Source of the DNA: Octopus vulgaris
Taxonomy: Eukaryota
DNA: 64,000 bases
Assembly (NCBI GenBank): GCA_951406725.2
Contig: OX597815.1
Location: 203,174,001-203,238,000 of the forward strand
Direction: 5' to 3'
This document shows positions 57,323 through 64,000 of this stretch, piece by piece (positions within the stretch are counted from its first letter, which is position 1; each line of letters starts with the position of its first letter). Both the position numbers and the translations under genes were made by a program. The notes under the pieces were generated by a model. It did not search any database and was not told where the DNA came from. It was given only the letters and a program-made list of their open reading frames with translations.

Positions 57323-57738
57323 ATACACGCCAAATTATTGTAACTGTTCTAATTTTGTTTAAACCATTCTCTTTCATGTATATTTTTAGTATTGATTTTC
57401 TTCCTCTTTTGTGTTGTGAAAGCATTAACTTTTACATTTTGGTAATTTCTGGCTTCTAATTTTCTTAATTGCTTTTCTTTACTCTCATTGACGAGTAATT
57501 GAATCATTTCATTTGATGTAGGCGTATATTGCCTGTACTAAAGGCAGTCAAAATTTGTTCATGGACGACTGCAAATGTTTGACAGGTAGGCTACGCAAAA
57601 TAAAATTGGTGCAGTACTTTCTTGCAGAAGTTTCACTAATTATCTTTGTTAATTATTTCGGGCTAGAGCAAAAGTAATTGAAATAATTCTTTAACAGTTC
57701 ACAACATCAACATAAATATATACATGATCAAGAATAAC

Positions 57739-57766
<28 letters not shown>

Positions 57767-57770
<4 letters not shown>

Positions 57771-57857
57771 AAAGCCGGACTAGACTACTTTATATATATA
57801 TAACTATATATATATAACTATATATATATATGTAAAAGCCGGACTAGACTACTACTA

Positions 57858-57893
<36 letters not shown>

Positions 57894-57951
57894 AAAGCCG
57901 GACTAGACTACTATATATATATATGTGTGTGTAAAAGCTGGACTAGACTAC
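57767..57951 (+). repeat. Four copies of a 22-bp unit separated by variable (TA)n
   Basis: tgtaaaagccggactagactac at ~57767, 57831, 57890 and 57930. Confidence 0.9.
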
Positions 57952-57991
57952 TTTATGCACAACTCCATTGTCTCCCGAGACAAAAAGGATG

Positions 57992-58049
<58 letters not shown>

Positions 58050-58431
58050 TATATACACACACACATATGAAATGTTCTTATGTATACCTTAACCAAGGAG
58101 TTCAAATTTTGTACATCATAGTGTGCAATGTGCAATACAAATAAAGTGCATAATTATAATCAAATAACACTTTCTCATATCACCGTTGATAGAAAATAGA
58201 AACTGGAATAAATGGGAAATTGTGTGACAGAAGCTACAACGTCCTTAGGACATACTCTATTACACGTTATCCAAAATACATTGATTGCTTCATTTGATCG
58301 TTGTAACATAATGCAATTAAAGTATTTCTCTAGTGATCTGTCGTGGTTCAGCATCCAATTGAATATGCAACATCCAATGTAGAGACTGCAAGGTATGTAG
58401 GGAACATACTATATAAATTTGTGAGTATATA

Positions 58432-59700
58432 CCGGGTGTACCAGAAAAATTGTCCAAATTTTAGATTCAGTTTCGAATGTTTGCATCTCAGGAATGATTA
58501 AAGATAACTTAATTGAATTATCAGAAGTTTCTCTAACACTATTGGACTGTATTTTGAGCAGGAATTATACTCCGAGATCAACAGAAGAATCGTGATGAAG
58601 TTGATCAGGGACGAAAATGACATTTTCAAGAATAATTAACCTAAACTCAGGATCGGGTGCTCAGAAAGAATTGGAACAATGTTCAAAGGGATGTTTAAAG
58701 TCTTATTTCAAAGTACCAGAGACAATCGTGATCACAATCCTAAAAGTTAGGCATCAGGAGTTGCTCCTCTTTTGTCAATGACCTCCTCAACCCTCTCCCT
58801 GACTGCATCACAAGCTTTCTTAATGAATTCCGCATCAATGTTCTCTTCCTACATCCTACGGATAGTGTTTTTGAGGGTTTGCAGGTTATTGTGGGGATTC
58901 TCACAGGCTTTTCTGACTAGGTAATTCCAAATACTTATGTCTAAAGGATTCAAATCAGGTGATGAAAGAGGTCAAGAGTCCTTATCACAAAATCTGCTCC
59001 CAAACTCATCTCTGAGAGCTTTTTGAGCCACTACACTTGTGTGACAAGGAGCTCCATCTTCCTGGAATGTAAATGTCAAGTTCTTAGTAAAGTTGTTGAG
59101 TTTCCCCTCATTTCTTGCCTCAAAATATTCAGAAAGAATCCAGGTCTTTAAAATTTTCAAAACCTGAACATAATTACCTCCTGTCAATCCCTCAGCCTTC
59201 TCAAGTATGATCAATGGTATCTTCTTGCCATCAAATACTACTCAGGCAAAAAATCATCACCTTGGCGTGGTTTTGCACCAGAAAATAACATCGTTGGCTC
59301 TCTTGTGAGAGTGTGAAGCGAGAACTCGGCTGTGGCGTCTGTTTGTGTGCTAATCTTTGGTGAAAACTTTTCTCTTCTGTGTAAAAGATCACTCAAGGAT
59401 TATGCTTCACTTGTTCAAGATGATCTTTGCCATCTCCCAACTTGTAGCTCTTTGTCCTGGCGCAGCAAGGTACCTCACGTGTCTCATTTACGATTACATT
59501 TTCAAGTCTTCTGTCACCATTGTCTGAACTATTATAGCTGAAACTCTTCTTTCTCATGCAAAGCGTCTTATGAATTGAGTTGGATATCTTCTGATATCAA
59601 GGTTAGGAACAATTTTGAAGATGACTGTAGTGTATGTAGTAACATAGACAAATTACCAACGAGGAAACATATGTAACTCTTCGGTTTATTAGAAGTAGTC
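58432..59700 (-). mobile_element. Decayed maT (DD37D)-like transposon
   Basis: FQEDGAPCH...*PLSSPDLNPLD (38 residues D-to-D here); TIR-like ta|ccgggtgtaccagaaaaattgtcc; far boundary uncertain. Confidence 0.75.
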
Positions 59701-60781
59701 CCCACATCTCTCTTATTTATACCCTCTTGTCTTAAAAAAATTAAGGGACATATTGAATAGTGTAAGTTCAGACACAACATGTCATACAAAAATGGCGGCA
59801 TGGTCACAACGGGAGCGACTTATTATTATGACTATTGAAGGAATTATGTGAACATTTATCCATTTGGAGAAAGATGCGAGCATCCGATTTTTACTTCCAC
59901 TGTATGTTTCCGAGGCAACTTATTTATTCATAAAGCCATTGTTGCATTATAGTAATGTCATCATTCCTAATTTATGTCATGCCCTTCTACATCCAGTGAT
60001 GCATACATTTTTATAATTCATGTTTTCACCGTAACTGCATATGTAATCCTTTCTCATTTGTCCTCACTCTATTTTATATCTTAAAAATACATGCTTCAGT
60101 GAAATTCCAACCAGCAAATATAGAACTGTTTTCGCAGTGTACCTGCTTTCGCTTATACCTTATTTCTTTTACATTAAAAAAAATTTTTTTTTTTACCTGT
60201 TACCAGAAAATCACTGCAATTCAGAATCAGATCTCAACTTGAATATATTATATCCTAATATATTCCGCATCGATCCAATCTCAAAGCACAACTCTTACAG
60301 TATCTCTAAAAAGCAATTTCTTTTCTCTTTTTTCTTTTAGTTATTCCTTTCCTTCAATAACACCCTTGTGATCATTTATATTCCTATTGTGCATCTAAAT
60401 TGTGAATGAAATTATACTAAAGGATTTCGTTGTGTGTGATTACTCACTCGCTTTTTTCATTTATTTTAAACAATGAAAAATATACATCAATCGCTTCAGA
60501 TGTGCAAACGGGCAATCATTAGTTTATTCTGATATAGCTTTTCATTAAAATCCCTAATTACCACAATTTGCTTTGGAAAATGAACAGTAAAATCGTTCTA
60601 AACACTTGGAGTAACAAAATTTTAATTAGTTGAAAATTGTTCGGCAAGTATTATTTTTCAAGTAAAATGTTTTCTTGGGTGACTTCTCCACGCATTTTTA
60701 CAAGAACACTGAGTTGTGTCCCAGTGGGTTGGAATCCGGCAATAAAAATGCAATTTCGAGCGAGCGAGCGAGCTAGCTAAC

Positions 60782-62305
60782 ATAAATAGATAGTGGTCCT
60801 GAAGAGGCGGGTCAAGTATTCCACGTCGACGCCCAGTGTCTCCCCAAGAACGTCGTGGCACCTCTCCACTAATCCTCTATAAAACGTCTTCATTGAATTG
60901 AAGTCGCACAGAGTTGCTCGAGAGCAAGATGACACTTGCAGTGCTATTCGCCCAGCCTCGGTCTCTGTTTTATCCTCGATAGCAGTTCGCTTAAAAAGAC
61001 GAAGTGCGGTAAAGCGCGTCTCACAAACGCCGGCCACACCTGTTCACCGTCGTCTATGAAATGCTGGAGATGTTGCAGTCTCAGCGCATGTCAGCGCATC
61101 ATTAACCGCGGTGTGCGCAGCCCTCAATTTAGCGGATGCTGGCAGCAAATGGATCGCCTGACCATCGTTTCCCTTCCATCGGAAGAGTATGCACTCAAGT
61201 TTTGTGATGGTATGGTCGAGACAAAACACGACGGTCGGATGGTAGTAGATGACGGATGCAATGTACGCATTTGCCACTTCAACCCGACCTTTTAGAGATA
61301 GCTTCTCTGCCTATTGCTGGGTGAGAGTGGCCACTCTGCTCGTTATTTCGTCCCAGTTCATCTCTATTTGGAGGTCCGGACCGAACCAGACCCCGAGCAA
61401 TTTAACCAGTCCATCACAATGGAGACGCTGTTGGATGGCATGCACTTGCTTCTGCAGGTGCCGAGCCACAAGCCCACTGACTTCGTATTCTTTTAGTGCC
61501 TCACCGACCAGATCGATACGTCTGTGGCTCGACACTATGACGGTAACGTCTTCCGCGTATGTAGCCACGCTCCTTCCGCATCCCAGTTCTCGTGGGATGC
61601 CCCTCAGCCTCAGCGTCGTCCGCTTCCGCATTAGTGGTTGTAGAGTCGATACATACAGAAGTGACGATAGGGAGCGCCATTGACGGACCGAACGCGTGAT
61701 GTCGCATGATCTGGATAGATGATCATTTACGCGAACTACCGAGTGGATGCCGCTATATAAAGCAGCGTTCCAACCGCGGAAGACGGGGCCGAAACCAGCC
61801 GCCCTAAAGACAGCCTCTAAGCAATGATGGCCGTCCCTATCGAAGGCTTATGATTGATCCAAATTGATCAGCGCCCCACTCATGCCAGGTTCCTTAACTA
61901 TTCTGTCTATGATGTAGCGCATCAGTTGGAGGTTGTCATGGATACTCCTGCCCGGCACGGTGCATGTTTGCGCCTTGTCGACCAGTTTCTCGACGACAAG
62001 CGCCAACCTCTCCGCTAGCACCTTAGCCGGGAAAGACGCGTTGAGCTTCCAGTAACCGGGACCCTGCCTATGATTCCTATCTAAGTCGAGGGTACAAGTC
62101 ACAAATTTGTGATCTATGTAGCTGGCTATGTAAAATTGTTGAAAACCTACACTATCCCTATCTACTGTCCTGAATATGATCTGGACGACCCGATGCGGTT
62201 GGTCCATGTCCACATTGGTACATTCGTGTAGTTCAGTCGCTACCTGTCAGACAGTTGCAGATGTCTGAGCAGGTCTATGAGGCACTTGCATCCCCTCCTA
62301 TTCTG
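60782..62305 (-). mobile_element. L1/Tx1-clade LINE ORF2 remnant with internal deletions
   Basis: GPGYWKLNAS, QTCTVPGRSIHDN, INLDQS*AFDR, YAEDVT (YADD) and KLLGVWFG. Confidence 0.9.
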
Positions 62306-63349
62306 ATAGGATAATCAAATATCGTTTTATAACTTGCTCGAATAGTCTTGTTCTTTTTCATATAATAAATGTGCGAAGCCATTTGTAAAAGGCATCTTAA
62401 GATGCTAAGCTGGTTGATGCCTGCCTCTATGAATTCTGGCAAAAACTTTTAGCCCGATGAAAGCAACTTTTGTTGGATAAATAAGCTACATTAGTACTCA
62501 TTTATTTGCTCTTTGCTGATACCGAGAGAGAAGAAACGGGATATCGTCCGTAATTGTAGCTCGTATTACCGAATGAGAAGGCGGAAATGCAACATTCAAT
62601 CTAGACAGGAATTTGAATTCAGATTGTACAGGTGGGGAATGACTACCAGAGTATACAAGCCGGTGCTCTAATGAATCCGCCAGATTGCCGCCTCAACTCA
62701 TTTGTAATCAATACATAAAATTTGTTAAGGAGATTTCGTAGATTTGTTTCTGCTGTTTTTAAGAGCCAAGAGCTGTATCATCAGTTGAATAATTTCTTTG
62801 GGTTTTCTTCTAAGAATAATATGAATAAAGAAGTGGGAGTGATATCTATAGTATTAAGTTTCAACTCTCTACCTTCCGATTTAGAGTAAAATTTACCTGA
62901 TACTTCTATGGAATTCAAAACATGTACTTGTAATTCAGCCGATTGAGAAACTTAACCCGTTCCCATAAACGTTTGCCAAATCAAAAGATGTTAAAATGCA
63001 ACACTTTAATATTCAAAATACTTATTTTAACACCACAGTTAAGTAGATAAGGTAGTACTAAATTTCTAGTTTCCAAACCGGAAATTTGCATTCTCTGCAG
63101 CTGTTCATATGCATCCCCAGAGAAATGTATTTATAATTACTTAAGGTTATATGTATATACTAAAGAGAATGTCATTTAATATAGCGTTCCAGTGTATCTC
63201 TGATTAACGATATACGTATTGATATAATGTGCAGCAAGTAAACGAACCAGGTTTTCTGCCCATTGTGAATTAGCACGTTATCTCCCTTTAAAATTCATAC
63301 ATTTTTGCATGTCTCTTTTTTCGCTTTTTCCTTTATATATATTCATTTA

Positions 63350-63556
63350 TTCTTTTACTTGCTTCAGTCATTTGACTGCGGCCATGCTAGAGCACCATCT
63401 TAAGGGGTTTCAGTCGAAGAAATCGACCCCAGAACGTATTCTTTGTAAGACTAGTACTTATTCTATCGGTCTGATTTGCAGAACCACTAAGTTATGTGGA
63501 CATAAACACACCAATATTGATTGCCAAGCTTAGGTGGAGAGACACAGATACACAAA

Positions 63557-63605
<49 letters not shown>

Positions 63606-63768
63606 GACAGTCTTCTTTCAGTTTCCGTCTACCAAATCCACTCACAAGGCTTCGGTCGGCCCGAGGCTATAGTAGAAGACACTTACCCAAAGTACCACGT
63701 AGTGGGACTGAACCCGGAATCATGTAGTTGTGAAGCAAGCTTCTTATCACAGCTACGTCTGCTACGCC
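63350..63768 (-). mobile_element. SINE family A, diverged
   Basis: Matches family A. Confidence 0.85.
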
Positions 63769-64000
63769 TGCGTCTGCCAAGCCTGTGCCTGCCTTGCCTT
63801 CTTCTATACCTTCTTCCATTCTTGAAATGTATTAATATATGCGATACTTATTTTAATTATCTACATAAAGATCTAAATTACATTGCGTTCTTTTTAGTCG
63901 TAATTGATATTGAAATCATTCTAAACAGAAAAACTAATATTAGCAAATCAACGACACAAACACGAAATTTGTTGAATCAAATTATACGTTATAATTGTGA

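Noticed and set aside
57767-57951. CRISPR-like repeat-spacer pattern
   Set aside because: Spacers are TA microsatellite, there are no cas genes, and the context is eukaryotic

Overview
AT-rich, repeat-dominated eukaryotic DNA that looks intergenic or intronic. It is most likely from an octopus, which I infer from the microsatellite load and the SINE families present. I found no supportable host protein-coding exon, and most ORFs in the track are microsatellite translations. The window holds long (TA)n, (TACA)n, (GATA)n and (TAA)n arrays, about 15 tRNA-derived SINE copies from 4 families, two non-autonomous Helitron-like copies, six decayed Tc1/mariner transposons (rosa DD41D, Tc1, mariner, maT-like) and fragments of L1/Tx1, R4/Dong and RTE LINEs. 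The most interesting signal is a set of short, mutually unrelated inserts, mostly sitting in (TA)n arrays and often arranged as inverted or tandem copies. They carry minimal type I hammerhead ribozyme (HHR) folds with a palindromic stem III, as in Penelope-like element pLTRs. Several have non-canonical catalytic cores (G3-C8 at 18176-18226, U3-A8 at 2868-2908, U4C at 14911-14991). All folds and alignments were done by eye and none is tested for activity.
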